This document shows positions 36,841 to 49,020 of a stretch of 64,000 bases of DNA, one piece after another. Position numbers and translations under genes: made by a program. Within the stretch, counting starts at the first letter, position 1. Each line of letters starts with the position of its first letter. Location of the stretch: positions 744,001-808,000 of the forward strand of contig NW_024704742.1 in the NCBI RefSeq assembly GCF_018977255.1, given 5' to 3'. This stretch comes from Callorhinchus milii. Taxonomy: Eukaryota. The notes under the pieces are model-generated. The model saw nothing but the letters and a program-made list of their open reading frames with translations. It was not told the origin of the DNA and did no database searches.

Positions 36841-38069
36841 CTATTAATACACCGGGCTTGAAACAAAGCACTCGGCGAGAAACCAGCATCGTAAATGGCT
36901 TCTGGATGGCGGTAAAAGTAGGCACACGGCTTTTTTTTTTTTAGCCTTCTCACCAAGCCCCGGTAATTATTATTTTTAAATTTGCTTGTATTGCAAAGTG
37001 AACGAGGTGATGTGACTTCACTTGAAGGTCGTACACAAAGGGGTGAATGGCAAACACCCAGAGGACTTTCCCCATTTCAGGCTTACTTAAATTATTAGTG
37101 CCAAAGCAGTCGGATGTTGCCACACAAACCTTTCCTGAGTTCAGAACGGGCAGCAAAGCGTTACAATTAATCACAGGGAATTGTGATTCCTGCATACGCG
37201 TACATAAAATTCGTCTGTAATGTATTATTTCCTGGGTCACCTTTATTTCCTGTGGCATCATAAATCCATGCAGTGCAGTAAAATCTCTCCCTTCCAGGGG
37301 GCTGCACTTAGGGGCAACAATTCTGTTCAGCATGAACGTGCATTGCACTTACAATAGGAAATCCTATTGAAGTGCGATGTCCTCAAAGACCTTTAATGGG
37401 ATTTCCCATTATCAGGACCCTGAATGGATATTTTCCTATCCTTTCGTTTTGTAAAACACAGATAAAGTTGTGGAACATCTCTTAAGCGCTTTGCGGCCAG
37501 ACGTTGTGCACAGCAAATCAAGCCTTTGTTTTTGCTGCTCCCCAGAACCCGACTACAGTTACCGTGAGGTATTTGTACTCTCTTTGACAAAGTGTATTTC
37601 AGCCAGAGACTTGTAACCCCAGTGTAATAATTATTTATAGTTAGCAATCTGTTCTTCTGTTTTCTTTGGTAATTGTGGCAGGACTCTTCATATTGCAATT
37701 ATTTCATTGCACATCGTGTTTGCTTTTTTTCTCTCTTTTTTTCCACTCAATTAATGAGGGGGCGGAGGAACGGGGAAGAAACAAGGGAGGGAGTGGAAGG
37801 AGTCAAGTCGTGATTGATAGACAGCCAGCGCCGCTTGCGAATGGCTGCAGCCCATCCAATCTGTTCCAAGGCTGTCGATCACCTCGGTTAACTTGAGTCG
37901 GACAGAACGGTTCCCCCCCCCCACCCCGGTGGGCCCGGCTTAAGCGACTCCCACTGTACTCAATACACCAATGTTGGGGATTGGGAATCATTCAGTACAG
38001 CCGTGATGTAATATCAGGCGAAGATTGAGAGCTTTGCATCCGTGGCTGGCGGGGAAATTGGAGTGGGTG

Positions 38070-38600
38070 GGGAGAGGGCAGGGGAGCGGTTAGAGGGTAG
38101 AGGAGGGGTTGGAGGGCAGGGGAATGGGGGGAGAGGGCAGGGGAGGTGGGGGAGATGGCAGGGGAGGGGGGAGAGGGCAGGGGAGGGGAGAGAGGGCAGG
38201 GGAGGGGGGAGAGGGCAGGGGAGGGGGGGAGAAGGGCAGGGGAGGGGGGTAGAGGGCAGGGGAGGGGGAGAGATGGCAGGGGAGGGGGGGAGAGGGCAGG
38301 GGAGGGGGGAGAGGGCAGGGGAGTGAGGGAGAGGGCAGGGGAGGGGGTGAGAGGGCAGGGGAGGGAGGTAGAGGGCAGGGGAGGGGGGGGAGATGGCAGG
38401 GGAGGAGGGGGAGAGGGCAGGGGAGGGGGGAGAGGGCAGGGGAGGAGGGGGAGAGGGCAGGGGAGGGGGGGAGAGGGCAGGGGAGGGGGGGAGATGGCAG
38501 GGGAGTGAGGGAGAGGGCAGGGGAGGGGGGGAGAGGGCAGGGGAGAGGGCAGGGGAGGGGGTGAGATGGCAGGGGAGGGAGGGAGAGGGCAGGGGAGGTG
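38070..38600 (+). repeat. G-rich minisatellite, ~20-bp unit gagagggcaggggagggggg
   Basis: Direct reading, with variants gagatggcagg and ggagtgagg; it explains the Pro- and Gly-rich ORFs here. Confidence 0.95.
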
Positions 38601-39414
38601 GCACTATTCTGTACAGGGACAGAAACATGGAATGCACAATGTGAGAACTGCGCCCTGTAAACTGCAGACCACCACACGGGCTCTGATCTGTCTGTTGAGG
38701 GTCACGTTGCCCCTGTCGAGGAACCCTGTCCAGTTGGCTGTGCACCTCTGCTCTCACCGCGTCGGCCATGCAGCAGATTGTGCCTCCGGGGGGGGAAATG
38801 GATCTCAACCGAAAATTCCTGGGACGGACGCACGGAGCAGCTGGTTTTCCAGGAACGGTGGTGGATCAGTGCTTTTGGCCGCCTGACAATCAATCCATCA
38901 GCCGACGGGAACGGCACTTCACACCATGGTGACTTTGCAGGCTGACTGAACCCCTAACTGAGGTCCCAGTCCTGCCCCCACCCCCCCCGCACTCATTGTG
39001 CTGCTGGTAAATCGGAGCTGAGCTTTCCTGAGTGCTGCCAGACTCGCTCACTCACTGCTCATTAATCAGCACAGGTGCAGAGGTGTATCGCGGTTCTGGA
39101 TCTCTGTGCAGATGTTGATCTCCTGCGTTGGCTGTGTTTGTAATTACATAATGTGCCCAAGATATCATCTCCGTAAGTGTCCCCCATGGATCTCGGATGT
39201 GGGCCTAATCTGTGTCCTCGGAGTGCCCTGTGCACGATACGTTTCCCAGCGAGCCTCGCGCCGGGAGCAGCGAAAGTCTGAATGAAACTCGGTATCGGCT
39301 GCCGGGGGCCTGTTAACCCTTTGTGTGCCCACCCAGATTTGTGCGGTTTTTCAATCTGCACGTGGGTGTTTTTGTACCAGGCATGTTTCTATCTCACGTG
39401 GAGTGTTGTACAAA

Positions 39415-39572
39415 CAACGACAACAACAACAACTTGCATTTATTATTATATTTATTATTATTATTATATTAATTATTATTATATTTATTACTATACTGGT
39501 TATTGTTATGTTGGTTATTATTGTTATTGCATAGCGCCCTTCGCTTGGGGTAGCGTCTCAGAGCGCTTAGAA
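39415..39572 (-). mobile_element. (TTG)-type L2 tail interrupted by a ~90-bp degenerate (TTA)n run
   Basis: caacaacaacttgcattta-[tta/ttg run]-atagcgcccttcgc...gtagcgtctcagagcgctt. Confidence 0.7.
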
Positions 39573-40002
39573 GCTGTGAAGCGGAGGAAAGCAATACCAC
39601 GGGATATTCAGTTTGTTTTCCTCTCCCAACTCTATTCCCCTCCTCCTGTCCCTTATTAAAGTGCAAAGCGCACTGTGAGTAAGGTGCACTCACTCCTGTA
39701 CCTTTCCAACACGTTTGCTGAACACCCAACCAGCGTCCAGTTCCCTGTTAGACTTTGCTGTCTCCCCTGACTTCGGGAGCGGAGGCCATTCTGCATACTC
39801 ACCGCACTGTCTGTAAAGCAGCTACGTCTAGTGTCTGTTTATTTTGCCTCTGCTACGCTCCACCATTCCCCTTTGAATGGGGTAGTCTCGTGAAAAATGT
39901 TATGAATACATGAGCAGCCTCTCGCATGCATCTGTTAGCACCTTGATGTGTTTAGATGTAGATGTGGATCTGTTGCAGGGCGTCACAGAGCTGCTTCTGG
40001 CA

Positions 40003-40190
40003 TAATAATAATAATAATCCTCGCATTTGATGCAGCGTCTTATCACGTCTTCGAGACGCCTCAAAGCCCTTCACAGAATATACCCGTAAAGTGAATTGAC
40101 TGCGTGTTTTGTGGGCGAAACGCGGCAGCCGATTGCGCACAGCAGCGTCCGCGCACACAGCCGTGGATTGAGTGACCAGATTACTGTTGT
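40003..40190 (-). mobile_element. Headless family A SINE
   Basis: Shared 3' module with (ata)n. Confidence 0.85.
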
Positions 40191-40692
40191 TTTGGAGGAC
40201 TCGAGCTGGTGCTGGCAAGTCACCCCGAAGAAAGTGTGTCGCGAGACCCAACCGTGGCAACCAAGCCATGGGCTCTGTGTAGCCGTTCGTTTCCCAGATG
40301 TGAACAGCGATGTTAACTTTTGACCCCCCCCCCCCACCCCTTCCCCCCCACCTACCCCTCTTATCTTTCCCTGTGTATGTGTGGCGTGAGTGTATGTGGG
40401 GAGAGGGAGTTGGAAGAGAGGGTTGGAAGAAGTACAGCAATATGGAAACCACATTATTGGCCTGGGAGTTTCCAGTCCTGAGGCCTCCAGACCCGGGAGA
40501 GAAGCCAAGTCTGGACATACTATTTAGTTCCTGTGGAGCTGCCTCACCCCTTTCTTGTAACGTTTCCATTTCTCGCGTTTTTTTTTAATATGAAAATTAA
40601 AAAAAAAACACTTTGACATCTGCTGGATCTTTCTGAGCTCTTCCCTTTCTTTTTATGTATTTTACTTCTGTTACCATTCCCTCCCCCGCCGA

Positions 40693-40850
40693 GCCACGAC
40701 TGTTTGTGGGACACCGTTGGGCGCAATTTTTTGCCGCTTTTTCGCCCACAAAATATACAGTCAATATATATTCTGTGAAGCGCTTTGAGACGTCTCGAAA
40801 AGGTGATGAGGGGCTCTAGGGAATGTGAGGATTGTTACTATTAATTATTT
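40693..40850 (+). mobile_element. Headless family A SINE
   Basis: ccacgactgtttgtgggacacc...aagcgctttgagacgtctcg. Confidence 0.8.
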
Positions 40851-42154
40851 CTGGAAAGAGAAGAGGAAGTTTCTCCCAATATGTCCTGGCTAATAGTCCT
40901 CCAGGTAAAATAAAATGAGTCAGTCACCTTCACGGCTATTTATGGGACGTTTCTGTGCGCGAAATTGGCCGTTGCCTTGCCTACAGAATACCGCAGTCAC
41001 TACGCCGGACAGCAGTCGGCTGTGAAACAGTTTAAGCGGTTTTGCTGAGACAAGTCGCTCTACCTTACATTATCGGTCCTCTTGTTCTTCTGCCATCTGT
41101 CTAACACCTCCATTGCTTTGCTTTCGATGTATGTGCATCTCCTGTCTCTACCCTCCGTTGATTTCTGTGAGCTGACGCAGCTTGAACTGGCAAACTGAAG
41201 CTCTTGAGTTTCGAGGGCGACTGTCGGTTGCGGTTGTTGAAAGCCCTTTGCCCTTGAAGTAAATGCTCAGCAGACGCTCGCTGTATCCGGAGAGAACAAA
41301 TGGACTTTTTCAAGGCCGGTGTTATTCTTTGAATCGGTACACCGCACCTTAGCTTCACCAGAGAGAGGTCTTAGTCACAACCCGGCTTGTCACTTAGTAC
41401 AGCTGCTGGAGCTGTGTACTGCCCCCCCCCCCCCACCCCACCCCACTTTTCCCCTCGCTTCCCCCCACCACCACCAAGTCTCAGGTAGAATGAAGTGGTT
41501 ATAAAAGCATCCATCAACAGCCGTGAGGCTTGCCAAGCCAAGTATTTGGGTTGGAAGTTATATGTCCCCAACTGCTTCAAAACAGGAAGTTAGTCTGTTA
41601 AATGATGGATAGCTCTCCTTTGCCTGGAGGGGTGGGGAGTGGCGGGTGGGGGGGGGTTTGGCGGGTAGTAGGGTGGGGGGAGGGGGGAGCAAACGTTTGG
41701 TCTTCTGCCTCCGGGCTGTTTGTAATTTTTTTTGAAGAAGAAGAATTTTTGTGTCATTTTTATATCGGTTTTAAAAAAAACGCCCCACACCCACGCAGAC
41801 TCGCACGACCCCCCCACCCCCCCACCCCCGACCCCCGACCCCACCCCCAAAAAAAACAACAACCTAGAATTGAGTGCCTCCCCTTCGGGAGCTGGTCCAG
41901 GCAGCTCTCCTCCCGGCTGAAAGGAATCCAGGCCTGCAGTCTTGACAGAAACAGGCTTCGGATTCCAGAGGCAGCACGTTGCTTCAATCCCAGCTGTGCC
42001 TGACCTGAGGCTTCATTCTGTATCAAGAGTCTCTTCTCCCCCCCGCCCCCCCCAAGGGTTACGTTGGTATTTGGTTTCTGCCCTCCAACTCCCTCCCTCC
42101 CCTTTCCCCATTCGGACAGGATAAAAACCCAAGATGTTACACTCGGGAACCTGG

Positions 42155-42650
42155 TAATAATAATCCTTGCATCTAATAACGCGCCTTCTGCCGTCTCAGG
42201 AGGGCGGATCAAGGAGCTTCACAGGATGCACGGCAAAACTTTAGCCACTGTGTACTTTGGAGGTGAACGTGACAGCCATTTTGCGCATTGCAATGTCCCG
42301 CAAACGGCCGTGGAGCGAGTGACCAATTTTATTTGGGGGATTATTGGCCAGGGACCCCGGGGGGCGGAGAGAGAAAGAGAGAGAGAGAAACTCCCTTCTC
42401 TTCTCGAATAGCGCCGCGGGAGATCTTTAACCTCCGCCTGAACAGGCACAGATGGGACCTCGGGTTTGAAGCATCTTATCTGAAGGACAGCACCGTGTAC
42501 ATTTGATGCTGTGCCCGCTCACGTCATCGAGACGTCTCAAAGCGCTTCACCGGATATACCGTAAAGTAGAGTGACCGTGTATTTTGTGGGTGAAACACGG
42601 CAGCCAGTATCACACAGCAGCGTCCCAGATACAGCCATGGAGTGAGTGAT
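42155..42650 (-). mobile_element. Two adjacent SINE copies (Deu-type 42155-42495; family A fragment 42500-42650)
   Basis: Minus-strand Deu core (gtgctgtccttcagataagatg...gaggtcccatctgtgcctgttcaggcggaggttaaagatc) followed by a second 3' module. Confidence 0.8.
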
Positions 42651-43701
42651 GGATTTTATTCGGGTGGAGGGTGGTGGTGGGGGGGGGGTTTGTTGTCCAG
42701 GACGCAAGCAAAGGATCTGTAACCAGCAAACTCAGTACAGACCAGGTCTAAACTACAGGGTGACCAAAAAAGTCCTGATACCATTACAATGTCTAATAAG
42801 CCTTAAAGAAATCGTGATTTTTTTTCGGATAGAAGGGTAGTTATCCAGGACTTTTTGGTCGTCCTGTAGAACCTCTGTGCTCTGCAGTAACCCTGGTGCT
42901 GCACCAATCGAGACACTGGGGGAAGCTACAAAAGACTTCATCTTTGTGAAGTTCTTTTTATTCCCCTTTGAAGAATTGACAACTGCCACCCCCTCCACTC
43001 CCCCCCCCCCCACAAACAACACCACCACCCCTCCCACTCTCACACCCACACTTACACTTAAACAGCTACTTACGCCCATCGGTAGTCTGCATGATATGCC
43101 ATCTGTTCAGTCATTTATCTTGTTGCGACACTTCAAATTACAGCATTGGGTACGCGGTAGAATTTTTGGCATGTCAAAAAATAACCAGCACGGCACGAAG
43201 AATCACATGGTATTGTCTAATCTGAGCTATGTCGGGTCATGTTTGTCAAAGGCGGCAGCCTAGAAAAAACATTTGAAAGACACTGGGGACAGGCAGGCTA
43301 CAAGAACAGAGGATTAGGTTTCTCCGAGTACATGCTCGAGGTTGCCTTGAATGAATTTACAATTCTTTTGAGAATTTGTTTTTCTCGTTCGTTCTATTCA
43401 TGTATTTTTTTTTGGCAAATAGCCGTGGTTAACGCAGACTGATGACTGGACTCGCTCTGAAGCCATTGCTCATCCTTTCCCTGTTTCCCTGGCTGCGCTG
43501 ACTTGCGGGATTCTGCACTGAGCTGGGAAGATAATATTCCCGCAACACGCGCTTTATCCTGTACCGTGTGCTGACACCCAGCTAAGTCGGTCGCACTCAG
43601 ATATAACCACTAACCTGCCCTGTCTCTCGCAAGCTCCAGCACTCCAGATTTTTCTACCAGGTAAAACAACATGGGGATGCCTTACACACAGTGACATATA
43701 T

Positions 43702-43822
43702 TATAATAATAATAATAATAATCTCTGCATTTGATATAGCGCCGTATCACGTCGTTGAGACGTCTCAAAGCGCTTCACAGGATATACTGTAAAGTGGATT
43801 GATGTGTGCGTTTTGTGGACAA
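43702..43822 (-). mobile_element. Family A SINE tail
   Basis: (ata)n-tgcatttgatatagcgccgtatcacgtcgttgagacgtctcaaagcgcttcacag. Confidence 0.85.
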
Positions 43823-44937
43823 ATTCATATGAAAGGTAAATGGTATTGTTGGGGGAATCGGGTACCCAGAGAGTTACATTCCGAGAGCTGTATGTATGAA
43901 CCAGAGAATCACACAATTACACAATTTTTATTATTACAAAAAGTTACAAAAGAGAAGGCTTTGGAATACAGTCATAAGAGATGATCGGAGGAAGAAGACC
44001 CTTCAGTCCAGCTGTTCCAGCTGTTTAGCCTCCGTAATGAAATGCGTCTTGGTGTCCTGTCCTAAAATTGCCCTTCACAAGCCTGAACCTGTGCCGTCTT
44101 ATTTGTCTGCCTCGTAGCATCTGACAATTATTGTTCTGGGTTTGCTTTCTCAATCCCAATTAGCATGAGATCACCCTCCAAGATGTCTCTCTTCAAGACT
44201 GACGAGCTCTGGCTTATCTATTCATTCCTCATAGCAGCTCATCCAGCAACACTGGGGATCATCCTCTCATCCTCGTTGCTGTCCTCACTATTACCTGAGC
44301 AATAAGGACAGCCGAGGACAGCCAACTCACGACTTATTGATCAGATTCTAAGGCTTTGCTTTTTGGTTCTAATAACTCCACAAACCTGTCCGTGTGTTTT
44401 TTCTCATGTGACTTGTTTGCTGTGTCAGTGGGTTGGTTTTTCTGCAGGATTTGCCTTTTGTCCAGAATTCACCTTTTAAGAAAGTGCCAGTTCACATCGC
44501 CATATAGAGCTCCGGATTAATCGGTGGGACAAGGACGAACCGAGCACAAAGCTATTATTCTAAGCAAACCAAAAAGACCTTAAATCTATTTTTTTCACAC
44601 CTGTCAGTTTTTCAGTAAACAGCACAAGTGTGTTTTTTATGTAAAGTTCCGCTTGTTTTTGTCCTTTAAGTGTTACTGAAAATGTATTCTTTATTATATT
44701 TTATCAGCAGTCGGTCTCCTTTGTCGTATTCCACTAAAACAAATGAAGGGCACTACACGGAAAGATGTTTTATTCAGCTCGTGTAAAACTTGTTCAATGC
44801 AGCACTGTAATACTCATTTTAATTGAAATCCGCATCACCTTGTTTTGGTCAATTTAATTACAATACAAAGCAATTTACATCTGTAAAGTGTCTGTCACTA
44901 TATAGATGTAGTCTCCGTTTTACTCAATCTTCACGGA

Positions 44938-45350
44938 TCTGCCCTGGCCGGGCTCGATTCCTATCTCTCTCACCGTCTCCACTTCGTTGTCTCTAACGGT
45001 TTCTCCTCCAGCCCCCGCACTGTCACGTCTGGCATCCCCCAGGGCTCTGTCCTTGGCTCTGTCCTTGTCTCCTCTTTACTATCTATATGCTCCCCCTCGG
45101 TGACATCATCCGCAGACATGGGGTCAACTTCCACATGTATTCGGATGACACCCAACTCTATCTTTCTGCCTCCACCCTCAACTCCAGGACACTGCTGTCC
45201 TGACAGAGTGTCTGTCGGACATCAAGTCCTGGATGAGGGCAAACTTCCTACAGTTGAATGCGAACAAGACTGAGGCCCTCCTGATTGGCTCGCGCCAGCG
45301 CCTCCGCACCTCAAGCTCTGGCAGCATCACCCTCCATAGTCGCACACTTT
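44938..45350 (+). mobile_element. L2 LINE reverse-transcriptase fragment (degenerate)
   Basis: Translates, with frameshifts, as [93 protein letters not shown]. Contains the RT PQG and YxDD motifs of the L2 clade. Confidence 0.93.
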
Positions 45351-45364
45351 AACTCACCAACTCA

Positions 45365-45714
45365 CGCATTTGATACAGCGCCTTATCACGACTTCAAGAC
45401 GTCTCAAAACTCTTCACAGAATATACTGTAAAGGCTGTATATTTTCTGAGCGAAACACGGCAGCCAATTGCGCACAGCAGCGTCCCACAAACAGTCGTGG
45501 ATTGAGTGACCAAATTATTTTTATTTCTTTTGTAGGGATTATTACCCCCAGAAAAGCGATCCGCCAATCGACTTAACAACCGAGTTCCTACTTACTGCTG
45601 GTAAACAGAGGGAGTAAGGAAGGAAACTTGCCCAACATATCGCCCGGCCGGGAATCAAACCCAGGTCCTCTCGTTTGCGAGGCGAGTGCTCTAACCACTG
45701 AGCTGCAGGACTCC
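45365..45714 (-). mobile_element. Family A SINE abutting the L2 RT fragment
   Basis: Minus-strand head ggagtcctgcagctcagtggttagagcactcgcctcgcaaacgagagg, full body, tail lacking (TTA)n. Confidence 0.9.
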
Positions 45715-46458
45715 AATCGAGCTATAAAGAACAAAATATTGCCCTTCAATCCCATGGAGTGGCTGAGATATCACTGCAGTAAACCTTGCGGTCATGTATT
45801 TGTTTACCTTTCTGAGCTGCCAATCAGGCATATGGGCATTGGTACAGCCTTCCATCAGAGCAGAACATACTGTCGCCCTCAAGTCTGGCTCCTCTGATGG
45901 CAAACCAGCCCAGCAAGACCTTGCAGTGCTATATCTCAGTCATTCAACACAGTCACAGAACAATTTCATTTTCACTTTCACATTAGGGCTATCGTGCAAA
46001 GCACTGTACTTAAGAATAAAAATAAATCCCGGTTGTTCAAACATTTAACCACTTGTTGGTTTGGAGGCAGATAGTGAATCAGTCCGGTGAGTGCTTGGAG
46101 CCAACAAAATGCCTCCTCTCATGCAAAGTAGTCCCTTGAATTTCAAAAGATACTATTTAATCTTATGTTTTAATGCTACATCCAAAATGCCTGATTGAAC
46201 GCATGTCAGATCCTGCACACTATTGCTAGAGTGACACTCCTTGCTCCAGGCACTTCCTTAGAGCAGGTAGAAGAGATTCCTAGATATCTATCTCAGTTAT
46301 CAGTCAGTTAGTACAAATGACTTTGGTGATAGTACACATGATATATAGTGAGGATCAGCGGACAATCCAGAGCACCTCACAAATCCTAAACAGGAAAGTC
46401 ACATGGAGAATAATTCTGTGTTTCTTAATCTTCACTTGTTTTTTTTCGTTATTTTATT

Positions 46459-46890
46459 TGGTCCTGGAGCTCAGTGGTCAGTGCACTCGCCTCGCAAGCG
46501 AGAGAACCCAGGGTTCGATTCCTGGGCAGAGCGAAACCTTCGGCAAGTTTCCTAACGCCACCCACCGCTGTTTACCTAGCAATAAGCAGGAACCCGTTTG
46601 TTAGTCGATTGGCGGATCGCTTTCTGGGGGTAATAATCCCTTCAAAAAAAAAAATAGGAGTCATTTGGTCACTCAATCCACAACTGTTTGTGGGACGCTG
46701 CTGTGCGCCATTCTGCTGTGCTGTTTCACCTACAAAATATGCAGTCAATTCACTACAGTATATATGGGACGTCCTCCCGACGTGAAAGGCGCTATACAAG
46801 TGTAATCTTGTTGCTGTTGTATATTCTGTGAAGCTGTTTGAGACGCCTCGAAAGCATGATGAGGGGCTGTATCAAATGCAAGGATTATTA
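46459..46890 (+). mobile_element. Family A SINE containing a nested 55-bp L2 tail
   Basis: Head gtcctggagctcagtggtcagtgcactcgcctcgcaagcgagagaacccagggttcgattcc; insert 46764-46818 flanked by gtatat direct repeats. Confidence 0.88.
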
Positions 46891-47485
46891 CTGTTCATTC
46901 AACTCTGGACCGGCTGCAGGAATCTGACCAACACACCCAGAGATTGCCTTCAAGGGTCATTGCATATCCTTGCATATCAAATGCAAGGATTATTATTATT
47001 ATTATTATTCTTGGGCCGGGAGCCAAAAGCCTCGTAAGCTGTGGCACACTCCATTCCGGGCAATGAGAAATCCTGCGAGTTTAACAGGAAGTCCCACTCT
47101 CGGTGCCCGCTGCAGAATCCAACGCGGGGAAAATTCAGCCCAGGCTTTTGGCAAAAGGCAGTTGAGCGCAGAAGCCCTTCTGGATTCAGTCTTGTGCTGT
47201 GTAAATGGAATTGTAGCTGGCTTAGCAACTGTTACTGGGTGGCAGCATGCTCGGAAGTGTTGAGATGTCATCGTAAACAGAGAGCAAGATCTTGCAGCAC
47301 ATGCTTTAAAGCACTTTATTGTGTGGCGCAGTGAGTCGCGCAGTGAGCTCGAATATACAGACCTCTTCAGCCCGGACTTGTTAATATTGGTCTCCCAAGT
47401 GCGCTCCACAGAAACTCCACTCCGTTGCATCCACGCATGGTGGAATGTCTCGGAGTGGCGTTCCCAAGGATCGAAGGTTAGCACA

Positions 47486-47961
47486 CACTAGCCCGGCTCA
47501 GTGAGTTAGCATGCACTAGCCCGGCTCAGTGAGTAAGCACGCACTAACCCGGCTCAGTGAGTTAGCACGCACTAACCCGGCTCAGTGAGTTAGCACGCAC
47601 TAGCCCGGCTCAGTGAGTAAGCACGCACTAACCCGGCTCAGTGAGTTAGCACGCACTAGCCCGGCTCAGTGAGTTAGCACGCACTAGCCCGGCTCAGTGA
47701 GTTAGCACGCACTAGCCCGGCTCAGTGAGTTAGCACGCACTAGCCCGGCTCAGTGAGTTAGCATGCACTAGCCCGGCTCAGTGAGTTAGCATGCACTAGC
47801 CCGGCTCAGTGAGTTAGCACGCAGTAAGCTGGCTCAGTGAGTTACCACACACTAAGCTGGCTCAGTGGGTTAACATACACTAAGCTGGCTCAGTGGGTTA
47901 ACATACACTAAGCTGGCTCAGTGGGTTAACATACACTAAGCTGGCTCAGTGGGTTAACACA
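47486..47961 (+). repeat. 28-bp tandem repeat, 17 copies (12 x cactagcccggctcagtgagttagcacg, then 5 x cactaagctggctcagtgggttaacata-type)
   Basis: Units start every 28 nt from 47486 to 47934, with no spacers. Confidence 0.95.
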
Positions 47962-48059
47962 AACTGGCTTAGCATGTGAAGGTCTGAATCTAAACTCCAC
48001 ACCACCCTCTTGGTGAAGAAGTCCCTCCAGCCTCCTTACCAGATCTGGTGCTTGCGAGC

Positions 48060-48425
48060 TTATATTTATACCCTCTTGCTTCGGAATTAGCAACGAGTAG
48101 AAACTGCTCATCAACATCCACCTTATTAAATTCGTCCATAATCTTAAACACCTCTATCAGGACATCTCTGAATCATCTCAACTCTAGAGAGAAAAGCTCC
48201 AAAATGTCCAATCTTTCTTGGTAGATGTTTCCACTCAGCCCTGGTAAGAACCTTGTAAACCTTATGCTCTACTCTTTTCAGTGCTCCAATACTGTATCCT
48301 TCCTGTAATATGGCGACCAGAACTGTATACAGTACTCCAAATGCAGTCTAACTAGAGTAGAGTTTTATAAAAAAAATTAACATTACTTCCCCACGTTTAG
48401 ACTTTATTCCTCTGGACATACATAG
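48060..48425 (-). mobile_element. CR1 LINE ORF2 C-terminal fragment
   Basis: Minus strand: ctagttagactgcatttggagtactgtatacagttctggtcgccatattacaggaag = LVRLHLEYCIQFWSPYYRK, the CR1 LVRPHLEYCVQFWSP motif. Confidence 0.88.
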
Positions 48426-48904
48426 CCAGAATGAACTTAATTCGTGTACAACAAAATAACAGGCTTATAAATAGCTACGATTGCTTCGTTCTTTGATAAT
48501 TGTTTTTATGGCACTTTAAAATTCAGTTCCACTGGAAATTGATGTGATTCACCGCAGACATTAAGGACGTCTACAAAATAGGCATTGACAGATGCCGGCC
48601 GTTTGCCCCTCAGGTATATTCACTATTTCCCTTTGGTTCCAGCTTGTGATCTTAGAAAGGTTTGAAGCCAAACTGTTTAAACGTAAACTTTGAAAGTCAG
48701 CAACAATAACAAACAATCAGATCAGATGCTGTTTCAGGATCACTGCCCACATCACGAGTACAGGAACAATTTAACCCTTCCGTGCCGTCTTGGCCTCCAC
48801 CTTGCAGGGAGCACGGCACTGGGTGAGCTGTTCAGCTCATTTATGCAGCAGACAAGAAAGTGGGGCCATGATTCAGTGTCTTGAAAGACAATTCTAGCAC
48901 AGAT

Positions 48905-49020
48905 ACAATAATCATCACGATAATAATCCTGGCATTTGATATAGCGCCTAATCACGTCATTGAGACGCCTCAAAGGGCTTCACAGAATATATTGTAAAGT
49001 GGGTTGACTGTATATTTTAT
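48905..49020 (-). mobile_element. Family A SINE tail
   Basis: taataatcctggcatttgatatagcgcctaatcacgtcattgagacgcctcaaagggcttcacag. Confidence 0.85.

Noticed and set aside
38014..38808. Proline-rich (extensin/formin-like) and Gly-rich ORFs
   Set aside because: These are translations of the G-rich minisatellite.
44938..45350. Functional reverse transcriptase or retron-like system
   Set aside because: It is a ~400-bp internal L2 fragment with a 12-bp duplication, frameshifts and truncation at both ends.
47486..47961. CRISPR-like array (28-bp repeats)
   Set aside because: The units are directly head-to-tail with no unique spacers, there are no cas genes, and the context is a vertebrate intron.
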